DNA of 64,000 bases from an uncultured Acidimicrobiaceae bacterium (GTDB taxonomy: Bacteria; Actinomycetota; Acidimicrobiia; Acidimicrobiales; Bog-793). This document shows positions 9,367-17,988 of this stretch, one piece after another (position 1 is the first letter of the stretch; each line of letters begins with the position of its first letter). The notes under the pieces are model-generated. The model saw only the letters and a program-made list of their open reading frames with translations, made no database searches and was not told where the DNA came from. Both the position numbers and the translations under genes were made by a program. The stretch spans positions 247,454-311,453 of the forward strand of contig CAWJBM010000002.1 in assembly GCA_963841155.1 (NCBI GenBank), given 5' to 3'.

Positions 9367-10452
9367 ATGTGGACCCCACCTAGCGGACCGATCGGTACTG
9401 GAGTGTGGGTTCCCGTCGGCGCCGCTCTTCTCATTATGTTCTCTTCCTGCACGAGCGCGTTGCCGCACGGATCCCGCACTACAACACGACATGCACCCCG
9501 ACCGTCGGTCGAGATCACGGGATTCCGCTGGAGCCAGGTTCAAACGAAAAGTGCTCCGCCGCCACGGGTCATGGCGCAGATGGCCTACGATACCGCTAGC
9601 GCTCAGCTGATCTTGGTCGGCGGCGAGCGCCAGGTCGAGACCCAATCTACGCCGATCATAAAGGCCACAGCCCTCGACGACACCTGGGTTCTCTTGGGAA
9701 CCACCTGGATTCGCCTTCACCCCATCACTTCGCCTCCAAAGGAACCGCTTACCGCCGCGTACGATCCCGCCAACAGGCAACTGATCCTCATCGCGGCGCC
9801 TCTGCGCACTCGGGCCGGGCGAGTGCTCCCTTCTACCACGTGGACGTGGAGAGGACGGACCTGGTCGAGGCTTGCTGGAATGACGCCGAACCCGGGCACG
9901 AACGGCGAGGACATGGCATACGACTCGGCCACGCGTCAGCTCGTGTTCGTCGGTGGAGGCACCTGGGTGTTGAGAGACTCAAAGTGGCGTCGCGTGTCGG
10001 TTCTGCAACCAATGATTACGGCCATTGCGTTCGACCCATTGAGCGACAGACTCGTGGGCGGCTCAAGTCAGAGCGAGCGCATGTGGTGGTGGGACGGGCG
10101 GCAGTGGAGGGAGTACGCAGAGCCGCCAAGCTTGGAGCTGAATCCCGTGTACAACCCGGAGCCGTCGGCCAACTGGGTCACAGACACTGCGGTCAACGAA
10201 ATCTTCGTCGAGGGCGACTGCGGCTTCACGCCAAGCGGCAAGCAGGCATACGCTTGTACCTGGAGCGGTGATGTCTGGGTCCCGATTCTCACGGCGTCCA
10301 CTCCTGCGATTGACAATCCCGAGAACTTCTCTCTTGCCTACGATCCGCCACTCCACGCCGTTGTCGCCTTTGGAGGTGACCAAGGAGTGCGAACCCCTGC
10401 CGGTGACTGGATCGTTGGAGGCAGTCAGACCTGGTTTCTGACCCATGGCTAG
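9367..10452 (+). CDS. Kelch-like beta-propeller lipoprotein candidate
   Basis: Lipobox-like LLIMFSSC. Repeated units of the form ..MAYD.A..QL.LVGG....DTW.L.G..W.. (Kelch-type). Confidence 0.6.
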   Translation: MWTPPSGPIGTGVWVPVGAALLIMFSSCTSALPHGSRTTTRHAPRPSVEITGFRWSQVQTKSAPPPRVMAQMAYDTASAQLILVGGERQVETQSTPIIKATALDDTWVLLGTTWIRLHPITSPPKEPLTAAYDPANRQLILIAAPLRTRAGRVLPSTTWTWRGRTWSRLAGMTPNPGTNGEDMAYDSATRQLVFVGGGTWVLRDSKWRRVSVLQPMITAIAFDPLSDRLVGGSSQSERMWWWDGRQWREYAEPPSLELNPVYNPEPSANWVTDTAVNEIFVEGDCGFTPSGKQAYACTWSGDVWVPILTASTPAIDNPENFSLAYDPPLHAVVAFGGDQGVRTPAGDWIVGGSQTWFLTHG

Positions 10453-10659
10453 GTGTAGGGCACCAGTATTCCGATCGCTCATCGGAGCGCCAGATGCAGG
10501 TCGGCTTCGGGAAGAGCGCCCCGGATTGTCTTTGAAAGTGGCGCGCGACCCACCAGCGATTGCGCTGTCGTCATCCGGTCGTCCAATTGAGAAGGCCAAT
10601 GCCGGGTGACCGCAAACGGAGCGACCAGAGGTGTGGACAATTCGGCCAGCGAGAAGCTC

Positions 10660-10870
10660 GACTACGCGGCGGCTTGGTACTCGTGGATGATCCCACCCAG
10701 CACGTCGCGACGGCCGATGTCGCTGAACGATGAGGCAGCAGAGGTCACTGCGCTGAGTGGTGCGGGCACTTGGAGTCGAAGGCCGAGGTGAGGCCGATGC
10801 TGGTTGTAATGCCGGACGTAGTCGCGAAGGACGGCTTCGAGATGGGGACGGCCGAGAACGAGCGTGTTGG
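10660..10870 (-). pseudogene. C-terminal remnant of a second rve-type transposase
   Basis: Minus-strand translation: ..TLVLGRPHLEAVLRDYVRHYNQHRPHLGL...RRDVLGGIIHEYQAAA*. The upstream limit is ambiguous because it abuts or overlaps the IS256 remnant. Confidence 0.65.
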
Positions 10871-11344
10871 GTGCATAAATCCGCCAACATCCTCGATGCC
10901 CTGCCCAAATCCATCCAGCCGCTCGCGAGGAAGATGCTCGCCAAGGTGAGAGACGCCGAGGACCGTGAACATGCCCGAGACGCCGCCAAGGCCTTCGACA
11001 ACGAGTTCCATGCCAAGTGGCCGAAGGCCGCCGAAAAGCTCCGCGACGACCTCGAGCCGTTGTTGTGCTTCTTCGACTTCCCCGCCGAGCACTGGGTGCA
11101 CCTGAAGACCTCGAACCCGATCGAGTCGACCTTTTCGACCGTGAGGCTCAGGACAAAAGTGACCAAGGGCCCGGGCTCGCGAGCTGCCGGGCTCGCCATG
11201 GCCTTCAAGCTCATCGAGGCCGCAGAGGACCGCTGGCGTTACGTCAACGGTGCCGCGCTCGTCGCTCTCGTGCGCGCAGGTGCAACGTTCCGAAAGAGGG
11301 TATTGGTCGAGACCGTTGCGAAACAGGAGGAGGTCGCCGCGTGA
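10853..11344 (+). pseudogene. IS256-family (Mutator-type) transposase, C-terminal fragment
   Basis: ..RACWVHKSANILDALPKS..EFHAKWPKAAEKLRDDLEPLLCFFDFPAEHWVHLKTSNPIESTFSTVRLRTKVTKG.. is the conserved IS256 C-terminal half. The N-terminal half is absent. Confidence 0.8.
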
Positions 11345-11776
11345 TCAGCGGGTCGGGCCGATCCACAACTTTTGACTATTCCTCTCAGCCAACGCTCCGA
11401 GACCTGTACGGTCGTGGTCCGACTGCCACTTTTGCAAGGTCTCCGGCGGGTAGTCGTGAGGTCTGATGCGATCGACGAGGTCGTGGTGGGGCTTGCAGAG
11501 CAGCACCACGTTTGCGTAGGCGGCTCGTTTCTCATCTGACATATTGGGGTCGTACCGAGCGGAGTTCGGCTTCGCACCCCGGATGTGCGAGATGTGCACG
11601 TTGACGACCGGGACACCCTCCGCGAACTCGATCACCGGTCGATGGCATCCGGGGTAGTAGCAGGTGCCCTGCGAGAGGGCGAAGAGCGCTTTCTCCGTTC
11701 CGCTTCTGTAGTCACGGGGCCCGGGCATCGGCAAGCAGTCTACGGAAACCCTGTGACTGCCTTGCCTCGTGCTCAT
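11345..11776 (-). CDS. HNH endonuclease
   Basis: 143 aa. CYYPGCHRP....VHISHIRGAKPNS.RYD....NVVLLCKPHHDLVD is a His-Me finger pattern. Confidence 0.75.
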   Translation of the reverse strand: MSTRQGSHRVSVDCLPMPGPRDYRSGTEKALFALSQGTCYYPGCHRPVIEFAEGVPVVNVHISHIRGAKPNSARYDPNMSDEKRAAYANVVLLCKPHHDLVDRIRPHDYPPETLQKWQSDHDRTGLGALAERNSQKLWIGPTR

Positions 11777-12183
11777 GCCGGTTTACGACACGGACGCCAC
11801 AGGTCAGGTGATCTGGGTGCTTCCGCTGGTAACTACGATGCAGGCGCTCAAGCGCGTAATCGGCGTGATGAGTGGGTGGCCGTGCAGGGCAGGGGGCTCG
11901 GCTCTCGGCGCGCCGCTCGAAGCACTCTCAAACCCCTCACCGGGCGTCGTCGATCCCGATATCACACGTCAGCGTCGGGGCATTCTCCTCGGACAAGGGC
12001 ATAAAGTTGATCGATCCGTGCACTGACCTCGTGGTTCGAGAATCATCCCATCATCTCCCACAGTAACCGCGAGCACGCCGCGCGTCTGGAGGAAGGAGAA
12101 CTTGACTCGGACGCAGCACGCTAGTACAACCCCGAGAGGAGGCAGAAGATGTCACAGGGATAAGCGCGCTATAACTTTGGTTG

Positions 12184-12210
12184 CCCTCGCCCTCTGGGCG
12201 GGGGTTTTTT
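12184..12210 (+). terminator. Rho-independent terminator
   Basis: CCCTCGCCC-TCT-GGGCGGGGG forms 9 bp with one G-U pair, followed by TTTTTT. A 4-codon mini-ORF (ATG 12149, MSQG*) with SD GAGGAGG sits 20 nt upstream. Confidence 0.7.
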
Positions 12211-12234
12211 GTATGTGTGTCGGAGGAATTGACG

Positions 12235-13102
12235 TTGGCAGACACGAGCGATGAGCGTCGTTTGTGGTCAGTTGTGAACGTGATCACTAACCTCGGAGAC
12301 ATATGCCGACTTGCCTTACTGATTGGACCGCCTCTGTTCTTCGGTTTGAGTTGGTCACGCGGAGTGTGGGCCCATCACCCACTTGTGCGGTACGTCGAAG
12401 TCAGCTCCTTGCTACCTGTCGGTCTCATTGTCGGAGTCACCGTGGTGCACCCGTGGCTCTCTCAGTTTCTCGTGCGAAGACAATCCTCGCTCGAGGATGT
12501 GCGATTTGAGGTTCACGCCCGGTTCAGAAACGGTAAACGTGTACCCACCGAATGGACGCAAGTCAGAGAGTTGAGAGTTGCGAGCTCTGAAGGAGGGAGT
12601 CGACGAAATAAACATCTTCTATGGTTATGGCGATAGCTCCCGGGATGTCAAAATCGACGTCATGAATGGCGGGCGTGTCGCAGAACAATGGCAGGCGGGA
12701 GACGGCCGCTGGTACGCGCAGATTCGATTTCCACAGAGCCTGCGGAAGCATGAACGACACACAATACGGCTGGGTTATCAACTACCAGAGCAAGCGCCAG
12801 AGTGTCCTCCTTATTGCACTGTGACTGCCGCTGAGCTCATCAGGAACCTCGTGATAGAAGTGGACTTCGGTACTAGGAATGCAGTACCGGAATCTATAAA
12901 GAGCGCCTATTGGGTGAGCGATGTGAGTAGCATCCGTTGCATTGATGGCGCGCTACATGCGGACAAGAATGGAGTAGTGCGATACCGCAATCGGCGCACG
13001 AAGCCTGGACACCGTTACGGCATTGTATGGGATTGGGGAGATCCCCGGTCCGCAACAGCCCCTGCACAAGAAGGGACCGGCGTAGCGAGCCGGAACGCGT
13101 AG
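12235..13102 (+). pseudogene. Hypothetical 2-TM membrane protein with soluble C-domain, apparently frameshifted near 12575
   Basis: TTG 12235 lies 7 nt after GGAGGA. The frame of ORF 12181..12636 ends at 12636, and ORF 12578..13102 continues in the +1 frame. AT-richer patch. No family recognised. Confidence 0.4.
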
Positions 13103-13390
13103 AGGAATCTCGAGTGAGGAGCTGCGAACGGCTTTTGAGAACCGCCAGGCAGCCGCGCTTGCCTCTTTGCTTGCCGAAGCGGAAGACGTTGATCGGGCGA
13201 CGCTAATCGTCGAGCGACTCCTCGAGAGACTTTTGCACTGACTTCCACAGTACCGACAGATGATGCCCGTTAACTCCTTCAACCGCCCCTCGTATAAACG
13301 GCTGGACGTCCACGGTGCGGCGAGTGCAACAAGATCAAGGGGCGCTCAGCCACCTCGTCAACGAGGTCCCGGCAGCGTATTGGTGCCAGA

Positions 13391-13447
13391 CCGGAGTTTG
13401 GCGCGACTTTCGCGTCGTTCCAGGTAGATGAGGTCGCGGAAGAGACG
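13391..13447 (-). mobile_element. Terminal 57 bp of an IS1634/IS4-like remnant (copy A), separated from the rest by the IS21 insertion
   Basis: The reverse complement continues the alignment of 19608..20095 with copy B (33040..33531) through ..CATCTACCTGG.ACGAC..GAAA..CGCGCCAAACTCCGG. Both copies lose similarity at that point, which marks the IS end. Confidence 0.7.
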
Positions 13448-13609
13448 TGTCAACGGCCAGTTTGTGGTACCCACTGGTGGCCAGCAAAAGTACCCACCCC
13501 TCTTGGTGCTTTGCTTTGACGATCGCGGTTCATTTCCTTGATTCAGATCGTCTGTGCCGGCGAGCGGCCAACCCTTCGATCTCGGGCTGACCGCAACACC
13601 AGCGAGCTC

Positions 13610-14098
13610 TCAGATGCTGTCGCTCACCTCCTTTGCAGCCGTCTCCGTCGTCGGCGCTCCACGCGGCAGTTTCGCCCCGGCAGATCGCTGGCGTGCCTCT
13701 TTCATGCGGAACGACTCGCCGTCGGTGACAACGACGATTCCGTGATGCAGGAGTCGGTCGAGCATGCTGACCGCCGTCGTGTGCTCGGGCAGGAACCGGC
13801 CCCACTGGTCGAAGGGCCAGTGGCTGCCGATCCCGAGCGAGACGCGCTCGTAGGCCGCTGCCACGAACCGGAACAGCAGCTGTGCACCGGCGTCATCGAG
13901 CGGGGCGAAGCCAAGCTCGTCGACGATCACGGCGTCCGCACGGAGGATCTGCTCGATCACCTTGCCGACGGAGTTGTCTGCGAGCCCTCGATACAGCGTC
14001 TCGACGAGCTCGGCCGCGGTGAAGTAGCGCACCCGCTTTCCCGCTTCGACGGCGGCATGGCCGAGGGCGATGAGGATGTGGCTCTTGCCGGTGCCGGC
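13610..14098 (-). pseudogene. istB: istB, C-terminal part (from the Walker A motif onward)
   Basis: Begins AGTGKSHILIALGHAAVEAGKRVRYFTAAELV..AVIVDELGF.. (Walker A and B of the IstB AAA+ helper). Confidence 0.85.
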
Positions 14099-14423
14099 AG
14101 AGATAGCGACAGACTGCAACATCTTCGGCAATCACTGCCGTGCGAGGTACGCGTCACGGCGCCTACGCACCCGTTGTTCGGCCGCCTGCTTCGAGCATCG
14201 GGGTTCAGGCGGCGCAGCGGCGTGCTGCTGCTCGTGGTGGATCTTCCCGATGGAACGCCGGGCACGATTCGCGCCGACGCCACCAACGCGTTCGTGGATG
14301 CGGTCGCCGATGTCCCTTTGACGGTCCTTTCGGTCGAAGGAATGCGCCAGCTCCGCCGGCTGACCGCCGCGCTGGTGATTGCCTGGTCGCGTGATCGTCG
14401 TGTCCGGAAGGACCGAGGCGGGA

Positions 14424-14660
14424 ATGCGTGACGCTTCTGACCGGCGTGCGAGGGAGGCGTTCTCGTGCGAATCGTGCGGGCGGTTCATCGTCACGGCCGT
14501 CGAAGGCCTGTTCCGCAACTCTCGGGTGGGGTCTAGAACCCGCTTCTGCTCGCCGAGCTGTCGACAGGCCGCCTATCGCCGCCGTCGTGCCGGCGTCGAC
14601 GAGAACGCGCCTCGCCAGCGCAAGGGCGGACGAGGGCGACGCCTCGGCGAGCGGCCGTGA
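14424..14660 (+). CDS. Small zinc-ribbon-like protein
   Basis: MRDASDRRAREAFSCESCGRF....RFCSPSCRQAAYRRRRAG, a C-x2-C ... FCS-x2-CRQAAYRRR motif. The ATG overlaps the stop of an upstream open frame. Confidence 0.5.
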   Translation: MRDASDRRAREAFSCESCGRFIVTAVEGLFRNSRVGSRTRFCSPSCRQAAYRRRRAGVDENAPRQRKGGRGRRLGERP

Positions 14661-14827
14661 TCTCCCGAGTTCTCGCATGAGACGTCGGGTCAGAGCCAGT
14701 TGGCAGAGCGGCGATGACGTGTCTGGCGTCGATGCCAGGTGTCATCTCGCCGCCGACGGCGGTCCGCGACCCTCCCCAGACGCGCAAATAGGCTCGACCG
14801 ACCCTGTACGCGCCAACGAACTGGGAG

Positions 14828-15013
14828 GTGAGCCTTTTGCGAAGGCTCAGGATAGCCGCGCCCACTCAGCTGCCCCTGGATCTCGACGGGGTGGCCCCGA
14901 CACCGACACAGCGGTGGTCGATGTTGCCCGAGACCGCACGCGAGCGCGTGCTCGTGCTGCTCGCCCGCCTCATCGCCCGCGGGGTGCTCGACAAGGAGGA
15001 CTCCGATGAGTGA
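14828..15013 (+). CDS. Small accessory ORF overlapping the recombinase start
   Basis: 61 codons with a GC3-rich coding look. Its stop TGA 15011-15013 overlaps the recombinase ATG 15006 (ATGAGTGA). The start codon is uncertain. Confidence 0.45.
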   Translation: MSLLRRLRIAAPTQLPLDLDGVAPTPTQRWSMLPETARERVLVLLARLIARGVLDKEDSDE

Positions 15014-17336
15014 CCTGTTGTCCAAGCTGACGCCGGGCCACCTCGGCCGCGACGCCTACATCTACGTGCGCCAGTCGACCCTCACCCAGGTCCGCGAGCA
15101 CACCGAGAGCCTCGAGCGCCAGTACGAGCTCGCCGATCGCGCCATGAACCTCGGCTGGCAGCCGCGCCAGGTGGTCATCGTTGACGAGGACCTCGGTCGT
15201 TCAGGCGCCGAGGCGACCGCCCGGGAGGGCTTCAAGGGACTCGTCGCCGACGTCGGTCTCGGGAAGGTGGGGATCATCTTCGGGATCGAGGTCTCCCGCC
15301 TCGCCCGCAACAACGCCGACTGGTACCAGCTCCTCGATCTGTGCGCCATGACCGACACGCTGATCGCCGATGGGGACGGGCTCTATCACCCGGCCGACTT
15401 CAACGACCGGTTGGTGCTCGGGCTGAAAGGGACGATGTCAGAGGCTGAGCTCCATCTCATCCGTCACCGGCTCACGGCCGGGCTGCGGCACAAGGCGGCC
15501 AAAGGTGAGCTCCGCCAGGGGGTGCCCGTCGGTTACTGCTACGACGCCGATGGCCGTATCGTGATGGACCCCGACGAGTCCGTGAGAGCGGCGATCGCGA
15601 GCGTGTTCCGGCTCTTCGACGAGGTCGGCACCGCCAGGCAGGTGATGTTGGTGATGCAGTCCGACGGGCTGCTCGTGCCTCGACGGCCGACGGCCTCGCG
15701 CCGGGTCACCTGGGCCCGGGCCAGCTACCCGTCGATCCACGACTTCCTTACCAATCCCACCTACGCCGGCGCGTTCGTGTTCGGCCGCACCCGCACCGAG
15801 AAGCGGCTCGACGAGAACGGTCGCCTTGTCGTGCGCACGCGTCAGGTGCCCCGCTCGGAGTGGGAGGTTCTGATCCCCGACCACCACGCCGGCTATGTCT
15901 CCTTCGAGCGCTACGAGGCGATCCAGGACGAGCTGCGCGCCAACTGGCACCCGCCGAGAGGCGAAGGGGGCGGTCCCGCCCGCGAGGGCACGGCGTTGCT
16001 GCAGGGCCGTCTGCGGTGCGGTCGGTGCGGGCGGATGATGCAGACCGGCTACTCGGGGGCGAAGGGCAACTGCCCGCGCTATGTTTGCGGACGGGCGCGC
16101 ATGCTCTATGGGAGCGAAGGGTTCTGCCAAAGCCTCGGTGGCAGGCGCCTGGAGCAGCGCGTGCTCGACGAAGTCTTCGCCGTTCTCGAGCCGGCGGCCT
16201 TGGCAGCGACGGCCAAAGCGCTCGAGGAGGCGGAAGCCCTTCACGCCAAGCGCCTTTCGGCTTTCGAACTCGCGGTGGAGCGTGCTCGCTTCGAGGCCGA
16301 TCGGGCTCGCCGCCAGTTCGACGCTGTCGAGCCAGAGAACCGGCTCGTCGCCCGCACGCTCGAGGCCGCCTACGAGCAGGCGCTCGTGGCGCAGCGACAA
16401 GCCGAGGCGGATCTCAGCGTCCAGCGTTCTCGTCAGCCGACGAGACTGACGAGTGAGGAGCTCGCCTGGGTCGCCCGGGCAGGAGCCGACCTGCGTGCGG
16501 TCTTCGACGCTCCGACGACCACGTACCGGGAACAGAAGCAGCTGCTCCGGGCGGTCGTGGCAGAGGTCGTCGTGACGGTGCGAAAGGACGATCGTGAGGC
16601 CGACCTGCGCATCATCTGGGAGGGCGGTGCGACGACGGAGTTCGTGATGACGCTCACCAAGATCGGTGGTCACTTCCGCACGACCGACGAGGACACCGTC
16701 GATCTCGTGCGCCGCCTGGCCGCCCGCTACGACGATGCCACCATCGCCGTCATCCTCGCTCGCCAGCATCGCCGCACTGCCAGCGGGCTCACGTTCACCA
16801 AGACCCGCGTGGCGAGCCTCCGGGTGTCCAGGCAGATCGCCGTCTTTCGACCCGAGAGTGTCACACCCACCGACGATGATGTCGTCGTGGTCGGAGTCGG
16901 CCGAGCAGAGCAGATCCTCAGGGTCTCCAGGTCCACGATCTACCGGTGGCTGCGCGACGGGTTCATTGCCGGCGAGCAGCTGACCGCAGGGAGTCCCTGG
17001 CACCTCCGCATCGATGCCGCCATGCGGGCCAAGGTGGTTGCTGAGGTTCCCGAGGGTTGGGTCGACCTGGACCGGGCGGCAATCGCGCTCGGCGTGGCCC
17101 GCCAGACGGTGCTCGACCGCATCCGTCGTGGTGAGCTTCGAGCGGTTCACGTCAATCGGGGCCGCCGCCGAGGCCTCGCCATCGAGATCGCACCGCAGGG
17201 ATCAACGAGGCTCTTCGAGAACGCGCCGGTTGGGGGGCCGAACCGAGTATCAAACGGTCCAGATGGGACCATGCGAGCAGGCAAAGCCATCAGGTCAGGC
17301 CGAAAACACCAGCAACCGCTGGGGTCTTTGGGCTGA
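15006..17336 (+). CDS. Large serine recombinase
   Basis: 776 aa. N-terminal resolvase domain AYIYVRQSTLTQ..SLERQ (catalytic Ser), recombinase domain, Cys-rich zinc-ribbon (CGRCGR...CPRYVC), coiled-coil, and a C-terminal HTH-like repeat (STIYRWLRDG; ARQTVLDRIRRGEL). Confidence 0.9.
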   Translation: MSDLLSKLTPGHLGRDAYIYVRQSTLTQVREHTESLERQYELADRAMNLGWQPRQVVIVDEDLGRSGAEATAREGFKGLVADVGLGKVGIIFGIEVSRLARNNADWYQLLDLCAMTDTLIADGDGLYHPADFNDRLVLGLKGTMSEAELHLIRHRLTAGLRHKAAKGELRQGVPVGYCYDADGRIVMDPDESVRAAIASVFRLFDEVGTARQVMLVMQSDGLLVPRRPTASRRVTWARASYPSIHDFLTNPTYAGAFVFGRTRTEKRLDENGRLVVRTRQVPRSEWEVLIPDHHAGYVSFERYEAIQDELRANWHPPRGEGGGPAREGTALLQGRLRCGRCGRMMQTGYSGAKGNCPRYVCGRARMLYGSEGFCQSLGGRRLEQRVLDEVFAVLEPAALAATAKALEEAEALHAKRLSAFELAVERARFEADRARRQFDAVEPENRLVARTLEAAYEQALVAQRQAEADLSVQRSRQPTRLTSEELAWVARAGADLRAVFDAPTTTYREQKQLLRAVVAEVVVTVRKDDREADLRIIWEGGATTEFVMTLTKIGGHFRTTDEDTVDLVRRLAARYDDATIAVILARQHRRTASGLTFTKTRVASLRVSRQIAVFRPESVTPTDDDVVVVGVGRAEQILRVSRSTIYRWLRDGFIAGEQLTAGSPWHLRIDAAMRAKVVAEVPEGWVDLDRAAIALGVARQTVLDRIRRGELRAVHVNRGRRRGLAIEIAPQGSTRLFENAPVGGPNRVSNGPDGTMRAGKAIRSGRKHQQPLGSLG

Positions 17337-17387
17337 CCTGGACCGAATGATCAAGTCGATGAAAGGAAAGCGCAGTGTCAACCATGT

Positions 17388-17728
17388 CCGGCCGGCCCCA
17401 CAAGGCACGGGTTCTCCCGGGCATCGATCCACTCGAGCGATGCCAGGTAGTCAAAGGTCCCCCGTGGGATCGAGGAAGCGTGCACGTCGAAGTCCTCGAG
17501 CGACTTCGAGACGGGAAAGCGTGCTTGTTTCAACCTCGCCATCGCGTTGGAGGCGTCCCTGCTCTCGATCTCGGCTTCGACGAGGGTCCGCAGCAGCTCC
17601 ACCGGCGCCCAGCGCTGGGTCTTGGCGACGGCGAGGACATCGGGCCCGATGCGGCGCATGGTGGCGAGCTTGAGACGCCGCAGGCCTGCCACGAGATCGG
17701 CGGGCAGCTCGGCCGGCGGGGCGCTCAT
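17388..17728 (-). pseudogene. istB: istB, N-terminal part
   Basis: MSAPPAELPADLVAGLRRLKLATMRR...FDYLASLEWIDARENPCLVGPAG, then runs into the cassette. The ATG overlaps the stop of the upstream small ORF (ATGA). Confidence 0.85.
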
Positions 17729-17988
17729 GAGGTGGTCTCCATGAGCCGGCGGGCGAAGTGCAAAAGTGCCGAGCGAAGCTCGCACACGCCGTAGCCGGGG
17801 GCATATGCCTGCATGGCCGCGTGCATGAGTCGGGGCTCGGCCTTCAACCAGCCGGCCACGAACTCGAGCATCTCGGCGCACTCGTATCTCTCCTCGGGTG
17901 CGAGCACCTTCGAGCTTTCGGGGCCATCGACATGCTCGACGCCCTCCTCGTTCGGATCAAGCCCGGAGCTTCCCTGCGGCGGGGTCAT
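17725..17988 (-). CDS. Hypothetical 87-aa protein encoded between istA and istB
   Basis: GC3-rich codon usage. Its ATG 17988 overlaps the istA stop (ATGA) and its stop overlaps the istB ATG 17728 (ATGA). No family recognised. Confidence 0.6.
   Translation of the reverse strand: MTPPQGSSGLDPNEEGVEHVDGPESSKVLAPEERYECAEMLEFVAGWLKAEPRLMHAAMQAYAPGYGVCELRSALLHFARRLMETTS

Larger units (their letters stand above)
14099..17387 (+). mobile_element. 3.3-kb integrative cassette encoding a large serine recombinase, inserted in istB
   Basis: It interrupts istB between ..LVGPAG and TGKSH. CCGGC is present at both junctions (14094-14098 and 17388-17392). Removing the cassette plus one CCGGC restores an in-frame 275-codon istB. 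Confidence 0.8.

Noticed and set aside
15438-17150. 570-aa minus-strand ORF.
   Set aside because: It is antisense to the serine recombinase gene, which has clear catalytic motifs. This is a typical high-GC shadow ORF. The same applies to 10063..11214(-), 43473..44639(-), 38118..38798(-), 52143..53075(-), 57637..58626(-) and 18354..19439(+).
14094-17392. Reading the 5-bp CCGGC repeat as a Tn3-type or DDE target-site duplication.
   Set aside because: There is no DDE transposase and no convincing terminal inverted repeats (only a weak GACA..CTGC similarity). A shared att core for the encoded serine recombinase explains the repeat more simply.
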